Made by a program: the position numbers and the translations under genes | Shown: positions 39,501 through 53,104 of the stretch, piece by piece | Layout of the letters: each line of letters opens with the position of its first letter | Numbering within the stretch: position 1 is the first letter of the stretch | The notes under the pieces: generated by a model | Told to the model about the DNA's origin: nothing | The model's input: only the letters and a program-made list of their open reading frames with translations | Database searches by the model: none | DNA from: Camelus ferus | Taxonomy: Eukaryota | Direction of reading: 5' to 3' | DNA length: 64,000 bases | NCBI RefSeq assembly: GCF_009834535.1 | Contig: NC_045697.1 | Coordinates: 48,238,001-48,302,000, forward strand

Positions 39501-41950
39501 GAACCACTATATGATCCAGCAATTTCATTTCTAGATGTGTATCCAAATAAAATGAAAATACTTACTCCAAAAGACACATGAACCCCAATGTTCATAGCAG
39601 CACTATTTACAATAGCAAAGAAATGGAAGCAACCTAAATGTCCAACAGATGAATGGATAAAAATGTAGTATATATACACAATGGCATTTTTAAAAATGAA
39701 ATAATGCCATTTTCAGCAGTGCAGATGGACCTAGAGATTATTATAGTAAGTAAAGTAAGTCAGATAAAGACAAATGTCATATGATATCATTTATATGTGG
39801 AATCTTAAAAAAATGATAAATGAACTTAATAACAAACCACAAATAGACTCAGATGGAGAAAACAAACTATGGTTACCAAAGGGGAAAGGGGTATTGGCCA
39901 GCAGGGGTGAGGGCAGGATAAATTAGGAGTTTGGGATTAACAGATACACATTACTATATATAAAATAGATAAACAACAAGGACCTACTGTATAGCACAGG
40001 GAACTATATTCAATATCTTGTAATAGCCTAAAATGGAAAAGAATCTGCAAAAGAATATATATGTCTATGTATAATTGAATCACTTTGCTGTACAACTAAA
40101 ACTAACACAACATTGTAAATCAACTATACTTCACTTTTTAAAAAGTTCCTTCAACTGAAAATAGAGCTACCATACAATCCAGCAATCACACACCTGGGTA
40201 TGTATCCAGAAAAGATGAAAACTCTAATAAGATACATGCACCCTAATGTTCAGTGGCACTATTTACAATAGCCAAGACATGGAAACACCCCAAGTACCAC
40301 TAATAAATGGCTTAGGAAAACGTGGTATATATACATTGAATATTATGCAGCCATAAAAAAGAATGAAATATTTGAAGCAACATTGATGGGCCAAGAGAAT
40401 ATTATACTTAATGAAGTAAGTCAGACATAGAAAGACAAATACTGTATGATATCACTTATATGTGGAATCTAAAAAATAATGCAAATGAGTCTATATACAA
40501 AACAGAAGCAGACTCACTCACAGACATAGAAAACTTATGGTTATCAAAGGGGAAAGGGAGGAGGGAAAGAGATAAATTAGGAATATGGAACCAACAGATA
40601 CAAACTACTGTACATAACATAGATAAGCAACAAGGATTTACTGTATAACATGGGGAACTATGTATGTAATACATACTATGTAGTATGTAAATGAAGTAAT
40701 AACCTATAATGGAAAAGAATCTGAAAAATGTATATATGCACAACTGAATCACTTTGCTGTATATACACCTGAAACTAACAATATTGTAAATCAACTATAC
40801 TTCAATAAAAAAAAGAGGTTGTCATTACCTTTATAGTGCTATTCTAAACTTTTCATTGTAATTATGATTTTCAAAGACTCTGACCTCAGTTATTATTATA
40901 AACAGGCTCGGTTATATTGCAGCAGAATGATGAGAAATGAAAATTTAAGTTATATAAAACATAGTTTAGAAGCCAGCATTGAAGTATTATTCTTATTATC
41001 ATTCTTCTCATAATTCTGCTCTACTGGATAAAAGGACACTTTCTTAATTTTTTAATAAAAGTATTTAAAAAGTAGCCATGTAGAGATTCAACAAAAGAAT
41101 TTTTAGGTATTGCTCAAATATTATTTCCAGTTTTTATGTGTGATTTAAATGTTTTTAAAAGTCAGTGTATTTTCCAAATGCAGTAACAATACTGAGTATC
41201 TTTGCTCCCAAAACAGATTAGCATTATAGATATGTTTTTGTTAGATGACTTGGTATATAGTAGAAATTTTAAGTAGACTGAAATATCCATTAATATAGAT
41301 GTGAACAAAAAATGTTTCTAAGTTATTATGTCATGATACATTAACTAGTTCTTCCCTATAAAATAATTTTAGTGCAATATAAACTTAAGTAGAAATGTAA
41401 AAATTGCTTTAATATAATAAATAGCGATTCAAGCTATTTAAAAATGTAAGAATTCCATTTATTGTGTTTAGAGTACTTTTTTATGTTTTATAAGCAAGAC
41501 AAATGTGAAGGAACAGTTATGGTTCTGTCCTCATAAATAGCAATTTGGCGAGCATAGTTTTCTAATGTCTTAGAAATAAGACTTCTGATTTTTGCTTCAA
41601 TATTTTTTGCATAAAAAATTTGTCATACTTTGGTTTAAAAAATTATGTAAGCTGGTTTCATTTTCCAAAGTCTTTATTTTAAAATAAATATGTGTATTTA
41701 TATGATTTATAAGTATACTCACAGGTAAAAATACATGTGTTCCTAGAACTAGTTTGTATATTTTCATTTCTGGGTTACACTGTATCTAAATACTGTTATC
41801 AAATCTCAAGGTAATTGAGATTCGATAAATGTATAAAATAAGTACCTCAGTTATGCTACCAATAAGAGAGGACTGCAAATTGTTTTTAAAAATTTTGCAT
41901 TCTATATCTGTTACAGAATACATAGGATATTAAAAAAATTTTTATTCAAA
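36513..41950 (+). pseudogene. SLC25A16: Processed pseudogene of the mitochondrial carrier SLC25A16 (Graves disease carrier)
   Basis: Intronless, disabled CDS at about 36605-37559: ALAAANPPP, HNHHYKHLG, IFPYGAIQF, HRLMAGSM, NLLCGGIAGAITQTISYPF, KQFFHL. Long 3' UTR, ATTAAA at 41929, TSD aaag(g/a)ttaaaggaca at 36498-36512 / 41951-41965. Confidence 0.97.
37872..40812 (+). mobile_element. Two nested 5'-truncated L1s in the retrocopy 3' UTR
   Basis: Two L1 3' ends (near 40143 and 40812); outer TSD aaga(a/g)gttg(c/t)catta at 37857-37871 / 40813-40827. Confidence 0.92.
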
Positions 41951-43559
41951 AAAGATTAAAGGACAAAAGTATTAAAATAGCTATAGATACATAATTTTAA
42001 TAAACATACAATATAAAAAGATGGAAATTGTGACATTTAAAAAAATGTATTTGGGGGAAATAAAAGGGTATAGTTGTAGAATGCAATCAAAGTTGTTATC
42101 AGCCTAAAATAGACATTTCTATAAAATGTTTCAAGGGAGTCACAGGGTAGCCACAAAACAAAAACCTACAGTAGATATACACAAGAGAAGAGAATCCAAG
42201 TATGCCACTATGGCAAATTATCATTCAAAAGGAAGACAGCAAGAGAGGAAGAAAGGAACTACTTAAAGCACAGAAAATAGTTAACAAGATGGCAATAGTA
42301 AGTCCCTACCTGCCAATAATTACATTAGATGTAATGGATTATTCTCCAATCACAAGGCACAAAGTGACCAGATGGATTAAAAAAAAGACCCAAATATATA
42401 CTGCCTACAAGAGTCACTTCAGCTTCAAGGACATAGGCTCAAAGTGAAGAGATGGATAAAAAGCATTCCATGAAAGTGGAAACCAAAAGAGCAGGGGTAG
42501 CTAAACTTACATCAGACAAAACAGACTAAGTCCAAACTGTAACAGGAGACAAAGGAGGTCGTTGTATAATGATAAAAGGTTCAACCCATCAAGAGGCTAT
42601 AATAATCATAAATACATATACATCCAACATCAGAGAACCTACAATGCAATAAGCAAACACTAACAGATAGGAAGGAAAAAATAAATATAATAATAGTAAG
42701 GGACATCAATACCCTACTGTCAACAATGCATAGATCATCCCAACAGAAAGTCAGTTAAAAAAAAAACAAAAAAACACACATTGGAATTGAAGTATACTTT
42801 AGACCAATGGTCCTAACAGACATTTACAGAACATTTCATCCAATGGCAGCAGAATATGCCAAAAAACTGGGTAACCTAGAAAAACTGGATAAATTCTTAG
42901 AAACTTACAAACTACCAAGACTAAATAAGGAAGAAACAAAATATAAACAAGCCAATAGCAAGGAGAGCGAATCAGCAATCAAAAACCTGCCGACAGAGAA
43001 AAGCCCAGGACCAGATGGCTTCACAAGTGATTTCTACCAAACATTTTAAGAATGAACACCAATCCTTCTCAAGCTGTTTGGGAAAAATGAAGGAAAGGGA
43101 ATACTCTCAAACTCATTTTAAGAGGTTAAAATTACCCTGATACCATAGCCAGATAAGGACACTACAATAAGAGAAAATCACAGATCAGTATCTCTGATGA
43201 ATATAGATGCAAAAATTCTCAACAAAATATTCGCAAGCCAAATTCAACAGCACATTAATAAAAAGGACCATTTGCCATGACCAAGTGGGATTTATCTCTG
43301 GGATGCAAGGATGGTTTAACCTATGTAAATCAGTAAATGTGATACAGCATATTAATAAGTGAGAGATAAAAATCATATTCTCATCTAAATAAATTCAGAA
43401 AAGGCATTTATCAAAATACAACATCCTTTCAAGATAAAAACACCCCACAAATTGGGTATAGAGGAACATATCTCAATACAATAAAGGCCACATATGACAA
43501 ATCCATAGCTAACCTCATACCCAACTTCATAGCCAACAATGAAAGGCATTTTAATGCCC

Positions 43560-44400
43560 AGGTAAGGAAGATCTGCTATGCTCAAGTCAGGGCCCTGTTT
43601 GGGAAACCTCTGGATGGGGACATCTGGATAAAGTCCCCTGAGAGTGGTGGCTCTGCAGACCCCTGAACCCTTGGAGTTTACAGAGGTGACCCACTCTTCC
43701 CTAGCAAGAACTGAGACTTGACACTAACATACTGTGTCACCAAGGCCATCAGGAATATGTGGATGCATGGGACACCACTGATAAGTTCCTTTTCCTGCAA
43801 TATGTGATTTTGTTTGAGAGTCTGTAGTGGCTCGTTTCAGGCCAGAGCTGATGGTAGAAGCAGTGACAGGGCTAGGATCATATATATCCATAGGGGCAGT
43901 TGCCCCTTCTGGTAATCAGAGACTCAGGCCTCTCCTGGATAAAGGTCTGGGCCATCAGCAAAAATACTAGCCAACAGGGCAGGTTATCTAGAATGGTTAG
44001 TAAAGGAAGAAAAATGATGAAAGTTATTTATGGTCTCAGGACCCAGTGCAAAAATGGGGGCCATAGCTAATCTACTCGACCTGTTTTATAGGTTTCCCCC
44101 AGAAATCGTGACCACCTCATACACTTCTCACATTTTTTAAGTCTCACTTTAAGTTTATTCTTACCTGTCACAGCTTCAAGGTGGTGGTTGGAGTACAGCA
44201 GACACTACTGGTTCTCCATGCAGATTCAGTTGGATCCTTTTTACCATTTCAGTTGGTCTCTCCCAACTTTAGTATACATTGGCTTCCAACAGCCTACACT
44301 TGTCTCTTCTTCAGAGGCCTGTCACTGGACTCTGGAACTACCTGGGTGTTTGTGTTCCCTGTGTTTGCCCTGTTCATCATGGTCCCACAGAAAGAGGGCC
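43560..44400 (+). mobile_element. ERVL internal fragments and LTR start
   Basis: gag-like ctgggaaacctctggatggggacatctgg and LTR16/33-like sequence. Confidence 0.6.
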
Positions 44401-44406
44401 AACTCT

Positions 44407-44525
44407 ATGTGTGTGTGTGTATATATATACACACACACATATATGCATACACATATACATACATATACACACACACATATATACATACACACACATATAC
44501 ATACACACACACATACATACACACT
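44407..44525. repeat. Compound (TG)n(TA)n(CA)n microsatellite
   Basis: Directly visible. Confidence 0.97.
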
Positions 44526-44529
44526 GTAT

Positions 44530-44970
44530 AAAATGAGAACTATGGCCTGGGACACAGCATTTCACACAGCTCTGAGGAACTGCTCTGGAGAGGTGGGGGG
44601 AAATGTCAGTATTCTACATGATTTTCATGGAAGCAGGTACATGCAGTCAAGCACACATTTAGGCAGAACCTTGCTAAGTCAGGAGGAGCAGATGTCACTG
44701 TTAATGATTTTAGTGCTTTTCTAGATATGAGGAGATGTAAGAATTTGGGCTCATAAAATCTCCCAAAAATGTCTATCTGAAGTCCTGTACTGCCAGTTTT
44801 CCCCAAAGCACAGAGTACCTCATTCCTGATCTCCACCCTGAACTCCTTTCAGGGAGTGTTAATGGTCAGTGGCTGCAGCAGCTCATGATTTAACCCAATG
44901 TAGATGGCAACTGCCAATGTGATTTAATTTTTATACAGACAGACGGCAAGTGACAATTTTTAGTTGGAAA
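44530..44970 (-). mobile_element. ERV1 (MER41-like) LTR
   Basis: ctctgaggaactgctctggagagg...gattttagtgcttttctagatatgagg. Confidence 0.75.
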
Positions 44971-45004
44971 TACGGTGGAAAAAAATTTTGACTTTGCTAC
45001 AGAT

Positions 45005-45270
45005 ATTCACATTCTAAAGTATGTTGTTTTCAGCTAGGATGGTAGCATATTGTGTTTAGGTACTCAACACCCATTATTGGCAAAATAGAGAAATGTAATT
45101 CACCTGATTGTAATCTTGGCATCATTCTCTATTTTCTTATGAGATGGTGACTTAAGCATTCTCAGGAGCATTTCTTGAGCAGTCATCACTGTAAACTTTC
45201 AGGTATCACCACAAGATGGCAGAAGAGGATTAATCATGGAACAGCTGACATCGAAGGCTCATCTTGTAAG
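45005..45270 (+). pseudogene. Endogenous filovirus-like NP core fragment (element A)
   Basis: HPL; LASFSIFL~VASFKQAL; KHSQ~RHGE; KLSGIT~NLSGIN; HGTADIEG~HGSTLAG. Confidence 0.7.
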
Positions 45271-45365
45271 ATTTTATTAAGTCATTTTCACTCTCCTCCT
45301 ATGTGGTTAGAATTACTGTTGGTAATTTTTTTAATCTTAAAACTTATATACTTAACAAGACGATA

Positions 45366-45790
45366 TGTGTTAATCAGGGTTCAACCAGAGAAACAGAACA
45401 AGTAGGAGATATATATTAAGATCTTGATTCCAAGGAATTGAGTTATACAGTTGTGGTAAGGCAAATCCAAAATCTGCAGGACAGGCTGTCAGGAAGAGTA
45501 GGCTGGAACTGTTAGGTAGGGCTGAAACTTGTCCACAGAGTTTCATCTTCAGAGAAGCCTTAACTCTGCTCTCAACTCCTTTAAACTAGTTGAATCCAGC
45601 CCATATGATTATCTAAAATAATCTCCCTTACTTAACAACAATTGATCATGGAATTTAATTACACTTACCAAACAGCTCCACAGAAACACTAGACTAATAT
45701 TTGACTGTAAAACTGGGGACTGTATCCTGGCCAAGTTGACACTTCAAAAGACCACCACAGTCCACCCCTTGTCAGTTTGGCACACATATA
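45366..45790 (-). mobile_element. MLT2 (ERVL) LTR with adjacent polypurine tract
   Basis: tgtgttaatcagggttcaaccagagaaacagaac ... accaca followed by gtccacccctt. Confidence 0.85.
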
Positions 45791-46006
45791 GTTGACCTTT
45801 GAACAACGTGGGGGTTAGGAACATCAATACTCCCCACAGTCAAAAATTCACACATAACTTTACAATTGGCCCTCTGTACTGCAGCTCTGCATCTGCAGAT
45901 TCAACCAATGCAGATTGTGTAGTACTGTAGTGTGTATTTAGTGAAAGAAATCTGCACATAAGTGTACCTGTGCAGTTCAAACCTCTGTTGTTCAAGGGTC
46001 AACTCT
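45790..46006 (-). mobile_element. Short Tigger1-derived MITE
   Basis: TIRs agttgacctttgaacaac / gttgttcaagggtcaact; opposite orientation to the copy at 13803. Confidence 0.9.
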
Positions 46007-46036
46007 ACATCACTTTAAACTATACTTAATCCTGAG

Positions 46037-49000
46037 TGACACCACCAAAATGGAAACATAGGAAACTCCTCTCTGTCCCCAAAAAGATCAACAATTATAT
46101 AGTTATCCATGAACAGAAACACTCCAGGAGAGTTCTGGAGTCCACTTAATAAACTTTAGTAATACAGTAGAACAAAAAATCTGAGAACCACCATACAAGA
46201 CAAGGATGCCTCTATCATCCCACCCCCAAAACAGGCATTGCTCAGCACTAAGAGGGAATTCCTCAGCTAGAAAGAGTTCCCCATGCTGGGAAAGGAAAGC
46301 AGGGTAAGCAATCAGCTTCTTCAGCCTTTGGGGCACTGCATGAAGGTCCTGCTTCAGTTCTACTCCACTCAGAGACTAGCAAAACTGAGATGTAGAGATA
46401 AACAAAAGATGTAGAGAATCAAAGTACACCACTATGGAAAGCCATCAGTTTATAAAAGAAGGCAGAAAGAAAGGAAGAAAAGAAAAATGAAACTATAATA
46501 CAGCCAGAAAACAGTAAGATGAAATTAATACATCCTTACCTATCAATGACTACTCTAAATGGGCTGAAATCTCCAATCAAAACACAAAGAGTGGCTAGAT
46601 GGATTTTTAAAAAAAAAAAAGACCCATCTATATGCTGCCTACAAGAGACTTCAACTTTAAGGACACACATAGGCTCAAAGTGAAGGGATGACAAAATATA
46701 TTCCATGCAAGTAAAACATAAAAAAGAGCAGGAGTATCTATACTTACCAGAAAAAGCTATACTTTAAGCCAAAAAATGGGAACCACAGACAAAGACAGTC
46801 ATTATGTAGAGATCAGGGGGTCATTTCATCAAGACATCATAAATATATATGCAACCAACATTGGAGCATGTAATGTATGGAGCAAATACTAACAGATCAG
46901 AAGGAAGATACAGCAAAGGACTGCAATACCTCCACTTTCAACAACAGACATCCAGAAGAATATCAACAAGGAAATATTGGACTTGAACCATACTTTAGAA
47001 CAAAAGAACTAATGCATTCACATAGACAGAAACTTCCATCCAAGAGCAACAGCATATTCTCAAGTGCACATGGAACGTTCTCCAGGATAGAGCACATCAT
47101 AGGCCATAAAACGAGTCAACAAATTTAAGAAGATTTCAACTATATCAAGCAGCACAAGGATCTCTATTCAATGTCTTGTAATAACCTATAATGAAAAAGA
47201 ATCTGAAAATTTATATATATAGATATATGAAACTAAATCATCTTGCTGTACACCTGAAACATTATAAATCAACTATGCTTCAATAAAAAATTAAAAAGCA
47301 TACACAAAAAAACTATTATCACACATCCTTAGAGACCACAACAGTATGAAACTAGAAAGCAATTACAAAAGGAAAACTGGATAAAAGACAAACACGTGGA
47401 GACTAAACATGTTACTAAACCACCAGTGAGTCAATGAAGAAATCAGAGAGGAAGTCAAAAATATCTTGAGACAAATGAAAATGGAAATGCAGCCTTCCAA
47501 AATCTATGGGATGCAGCAAAAGCAGTTCTAAGAAAGAAGTTCATAATGATACAAAACTACCTCAAGAAATAAGAAAAATCTCAATCTAAACTTACACATA
47601 AAGGAACTAGAAAAAGAACAAAGCAAGCCCAAAATTAGAAGGAAGGAAATAATCAGAGTGGATATAAAATGAAAGAGACTTAAATAGAAAAAATAAAACC
47701 AATGAAACTTAGAGATGATTCTTTGAAAAGAGAAAGAAAGTTGATAAACCTTTAGCCAGACTCATCGAGAAAAACTGAGAAAGCCCAAATAAGTAAAACA
47801 GAAATGAAAGAGAAGTTACAACTAATACCAGAAAATACAAAGAATAGTAAGAGACTACTACACCAACAAACTGGACAATCTAAAAGAAATGGATAAATTC
47901 TTAAAAACATATGATCTTCCAAGACTGTACAAGGAGGAAATAAAAATCTGAACAGATTGATTACTAGTAATGAAATTGAATCAATACTCAAAAACCTTTC
48001 AACAAACCTAAGTCCCATTCCAGATGGCTTCACAGGTGAATTCTACCACTTAAAAAAGTTAATGCTTATCATTCTCAAATTTCCAAAAAAATTGAAGAGG
48101 AAGGAACACTTTCATACTCATGAGTCCAGCATTACCTTGATACCAAAACCAGACAAAGGCAATACCTAAAAAAAAAAAAGTAATAGGTAAAATTCCCTAA
48201 TGAACATAGATAGGAAAATCCTCAACAAAATATTAGCAAACAAAAGCCAACAATACATTTGAAGGATCATACACCATGATAAAGTAGGATTTGTTCCAGG
48301 GATGCAAAGATGGTTCAATATCTGCAACCTCAATGTGATGAAATGAACAAATGAGAGATAAAAATCACACAACTATCTCAATAGATGCAGAAAAAAAAAA
48401 AAAACTTGACAAAATGCAACATTCATTTATGATAAAAATTCTCAGCAAAGTGGGTATAGAGGGAACATACCTCAACATAATAAAAACCCTATATAATCAA
48501 CCCACAGCTAACATCATATTCAATGGTGAAAAGCTGAAAGCTTTTCCTCTAAAATCAGGAACAGGACAAAGATGCCCACTCTCACCACTCTTATTCAACA
48601 TAAGAAGTTTTGCTTCTGCGCCATCTTGGATGCCTTTTATTTATTTTCTGACTGCTGTGGCTAGGATTGCCCATACAGTCACTATTTTCAAATCACATGA
48701 TACTATACATAGAGACTCCACCAAAAAAAGAAAAACTGTCAGGACTAAATGAAATCAGTAAAGTTTCAGGATACAAAGTCAATAAATAGAAATCTACATT
48801 TCTATACATTAATAATGAACTATTAGAAAGAAATTAAGACAATAATCCCATTTACAACTGCATAAAAAATACCTACAAATAAATTTAACCAAGGAAGTAA
48901 ATGACTTGTATACTGAAAATTATAAGACACTGATGAGAGAAATTGAAGACAAGACAAATAAGTGGAAGTATATACCAGGCTGATGGATTTAACGTTAAAT

Positions 49001-50745
49001 TTAATAATGTTAAATTTATTAATGTTAAAATGTCCATACTACCCAAAGCAATCTACAGTTTCCATGTAATCTCTATCATAATACCAATGGCATTTTTCAC
49101 AGAACTGGAACAAATTATCTTAAAAGTTGTATGGAAACACAAAACACCTGAAATAGCCAAAACAATCTTGAGAAAGAACAGAGCTGGAGGTTTCACACTC
49201 CCCAACTTCAGACTACAAGCCTACAGTAATCAGAAAACTCTGGTACTGGCACAAAAACAGACACATAGCTCGATGCAACAGAATAGAAATCCCAGAAATA
49301 AACCCACACTTATAGGGTCAATTAATCTATGACAAAGGAGTCAAGAATATACAATGGGGGAAAGACAGCCTCTTCAATAAATAGTTTTGGGAAAATAGGA
49401 CAGCTAAATACAAGAGAATAAAACTAGACCACTTTATTACACCATGTACAAAAATAAACTCAAACAATTTAGATAAATGGATTAAAAACTTGAATGTAAG
49501 ATCTGAAACCATCAAACTCTTAGAAAACATAAGAAATAAGCTCCTTGACATGATTTGGTGTCATATCAAAATATCATTGCCAAAAAAAGTACAAGCAACA
49601 AAAGCAGAAAAACAAGTGGGACTGTATCAAACTCAAAAGCTTCTGCACAGAAAAAGAAACAAAATGAAAAAGCAACCTACCAAATAGGAAAACATATTTG
49701 CAAACCATGTGTCTGATAAGGGATTAGTACCCAAAATATATTTTGAAATTCATACTACTCAATAGCCAAAAGCAAACAATCCAAATAATGGTCGGAGGAA
49801 ATGAGTAGACATTTTTCCATAGAAGACATCTAAATGGACAACAGTTATATGAAAAGATGCTCAACCTCACCAATTAGAGAAATGCAAATCAAAACCATGA
49901 GATTATCACCTCACACCTGTTGGAATGGCTGTCATCAAGACAAGACATAACATCTGTTGGTAAAGATGAGAGGAAAGAGAACCCTCATACACTGTTGGCG
50001 GGAATGTAAATCAGTATATCACTATGGAAAACATGGAGATTCCTCAAAAAGTTAAAAATAGAACTACAATATGATCCAGTAATCCCACTTCTGGATATAT
50101 ATTCAAGGAAATGAAAGCAGGATCTTGAAGAGGTCTCTACACTCCCATATTCATTATTCATTGCAGCATTATTTACACTAGCCAAATGTGGAAACAACCT
50201 GTGTGCCCATCAACAGATGAGTGGATAAGAATATGTGATACACACACACACACACAGTATAAGGTATTATTCAGTCATGAAAAAGAAGGAAATCTTGCCT
50301 TTTTCAACGTGAATAAAACTTGAGGCCATCATGCTGAGTGAAATAAGTCAGAGAAACACAAATACCATCCATATGATATCACTCCAGTGTAGAATCTAAA
50401 AAAGCTGAACTCGTGAGAAACAGAGTATAGTAGTGGTAATCAGAGGCTTGGAGGCAGGGGAAATGAGATGTTTGTCAAAGGATACAGACGGCCAGTTATA
50501 AGAAGAATATATTTTGGGATATAATGTACATGATGATTAGAGGTAATACTGTATTATATACTAGAAAGTTAAGAAAGTTATCACCACACACACAAAAATG
50601 CCTATTAGGTAACACAGTGGAGGGGTTAGCTAAATATGAAAGTGATCCTTTTGCAATACATATGTGTAACAAATCAGCATGTTGCACACATTAAACTTAC
50701 ACAATGTTACATGTGAATGATCTCTCAATAAATCCAGAAAAATAA
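46037..50745 (+). mobile_element. Old L1: 5' UTR start, no ORF1, degenerate ORF2, 3' UTR; short younger L1 insert near 47151-47310
   Basis: ORF2 peptides ([29 protein letters not shown]); AATAAA near 50727. Confidence 0.93.
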
Positions 50746-51004
50746 TGTAGAGATTCAAAGAAATAATGAACACAGCTTCTGGTAAGCAGTTGCCTTCCAT
50801 ACCCTCTCTTGTCTGACTCTGGTTACACCATTCCTTAACTCTGCACATGCAGCTCTGCTGTGGCAATGGCTCCACCTCCACTAGCCCCTCAATGCATTAA
50901 CATCCTTAAAGTAACCCTACTCCCATCTCTGCAAATATTCCCTTCAAACTCTAAGCTTTGCAGAGTGTGCTTGTTTCCTTCTGAGACCCTGATCATCCTC
51001 ATGA

Positions 51005-51560
51005 AGTCCTTATGAACAGGATTTGTGAACTTTCAGTTGCTGTATATGATTATATTCAAAGTAATCATCAATACATACATTGACTTATAAGCATCTTACC
51101 TGAACAGCTAGAAGATAAAGATAAGACACTATTAACATCTCAGCAGATACATGAAATGTGTCAAAATGTCTTTTGGGGGAGAAATAATTTACAACTCTCT
51201 TTCCTCCTTCATATTTTCTGCCCTGGGACTTTCGTTCAATAGTGAACAATCACTACCAATCACATAACATTCACTGAAATTTGACCCAACTGAAGATGTA
51301 GATTAATTCCTGCAGCCAGTTTTAAATGTCACAGTATATCAAGGAAATTCTTTGGGAAAAAAATAATGATTTTCCAAAGAACATTTCTTTATACATTTCT
51401 TCCTTAAAGAGCCAGTATTTGTTTCCAGAAGTCATCATTCATATGCTGCTTTATTTTTCTCACTGCTTATTCTAATTAACTCATGAGACTTCACTGCAAT
51501 CAATATGTCTTTGATTGTGGTGACATTTTTAGTGATGGGAAAATAAACAGTGATTTGCCT
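51005..51560 (+). pseudogene. Endogenous filovirus-like VP35 (element A)
   Basis: MNRICELSVAVYD~LNRVCAEMVAKYD; LEDKDKTL~IESRDETV; DFRSIVNNH~DLRNIMYDH; PVF, PEVIIH~PIF, PPVIH; DGK. Confidence 0.85.
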
Positions 51561-51719
51561 TGATGTAGTTGTGGTTATTTTTTAATGTTAAGCTAATATC
51601 ATAATTATACCTACATATGATATTTAATATGAAAGAATGTTTTAATATGCTAATATTGAAAAGACTGAGTAAGTTTGTTTTTGTTTTGTTTAAGAGAAGT
51701 GGCCTACAATAACATCAGT

Positions 51720-52085
51720 TGTAGCCATTAGTGTATATACTACCTAAACATTGGCTTTCAAATCTGTCTTGGGAAGGGCTTGCTTCTAAGCTGGGGAATT
51801 ATTATTAGCAGACAGCCCTCAAGTGACAGCTGCAGAGAACTCATCTTCCCAAGGTCATACCCTCCCAGGGCAGCCTGCATCTCCTGTCTGACCAGCATAG
51901 CCTGATGTAGGACACTGATGAGCTAGCTCCCTGCCTGAATTGATCAAGGCTTTGTCCAGCCTGCACATTTCAACTTCTGTCTAGTCCTGCCTCTTTCCCC
52001 CTCCTTTCACAAGTGGACATCCCTTATAGACACCTTGTACCCCAAACTCCAACTGAGCAATGACTTCAAGAGAGCCCAAGTTGTG
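51720..52085 (+). mobile_element. LTR16-type solo LTR
   Basis: TGTAG start; 3' end ccttgtaccccaaactccaactgagcaatgacttcaagagagcccaag. Confidence 0.7.
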
Positions 52086-52159
52086 AGAGAGGTCCTACAT
52101 GGTCAACAAGAACATGACCAGTTTGGTAACATAGGACAATTTTACATTTTCTGAAACTC

Positions 52160-52560
52160 AGGGAAAGCAGAGTTAAAGCAGAAAGGCAGAAAAGAAAGCA
52201 CCAGATTAGATGGTACATGGACTCATGATTTCTAAGATTTCTAGTTACAAAACAAGATTATCAGTCCTGGATTTTTTAAATGCCTGCATGTGATAGTTAA
52301 ACATCTGATCCCTTGTTTTAAGTATGTCATTTTTACAGTAAAAAGATGGAAAAATAGATACTAGGAATGTATCAACAAAATAGCTAGTGTAGTTAAAAAT
52401 GAAGACATTATGATTACGTGAAATTAGGTCATTACCTAATGTTAACAAGTCTTCACCAAAAATAAAATTTAAGATTCATAGAAACTTAAAGTTTACAACT
52501 TAACTTGAGAAGCTGAGCATTCCATCACTACAATCAGAAATTTTAAATACTCCCACACAC
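52160..52560 (+). pseudogene. Filovirus VP30-like N-terminal (Zn-finger and leucine motif) segment (element A)
   Basis: LSV..NAC~LTV..DIC; KDGKIDT..STK*LV*LKMKT~KDHQLES..TDRELLLLIARKT; possible PKI. Weak match. Confidence 0.5.
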
Positions 52561-52879
52561 AAAATGTTTCAATACAGTGTTTTTATTTGGCCTGCATGAA
52601 AATGTAAGCAGCAATGTACAGTCTCAAAGCTGTGATCAGCTCAAATCGCCTAACACTTCATACTGGCATTCCTTCTTTTTATCCCCTCACTCTTGCTGCC
52701 CTAGGGTTGCACACATCTCCTCCCCAATAAAGTAACATATTTAAGTTTTGTTTCAGTATGTCTTTTCTAGGGAACCTAGGTAAAGAACTTCAGAAGCACA
52801 AGAGATTCTAAGATTCTAGGCAATGACAAAAAAGCTGTAATAGTCCAAGTAATAGTCTATATCTTCCTGCTGCATCCAA

Positions 52880-53100
52880 AAAGCTATGTTTCAAGCATCT
52901 ACTGTGTGTCAGGCAAGTATGATGCTAGGCACGTAGGGGTGCAGCAGCAAACAGTAAGTCCCTGCCCCGTGGAGCTTGCATTCCAGTCAGGGAGACCAAC
53001 GGTCAGGTAGGGTTTAGTACTATGAAGAAAGCAAAGCAGGATATGGAGTGGGCAGTGTGATGGAGAAGGAAGCAGTATTATTTTAAATAATGTTGCCTAA
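52880..53100 (-). mobile_element. LINE-2 3' end inside element A
   Basis: aagcatctactgtgtgtcaggca...gtccctgccccgtggagcttgcattccagt. Confidence 0.85.
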
Positions 53101-53104
53101 TAAA

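Larger units (their letters stand above)
36219..43550 (+). mobile_element. Old L1 (ORF1 end 36219-36512; spacer and ORF2 41966-43550) split by the retrocopy
   Basis: ORF1 3' text (cccagcaaagttgtctttcagaaatgaagg); ORF2 peptides (LTDIYRTFHP, KSPGPDGF). Confidence 0.88.

Noticed and set aside
44181..44724. Overlapping ORFs of up to 178 aa
   Set aside because: Artefacts of the TG/TA/CA microsatellite and LTR sequence.
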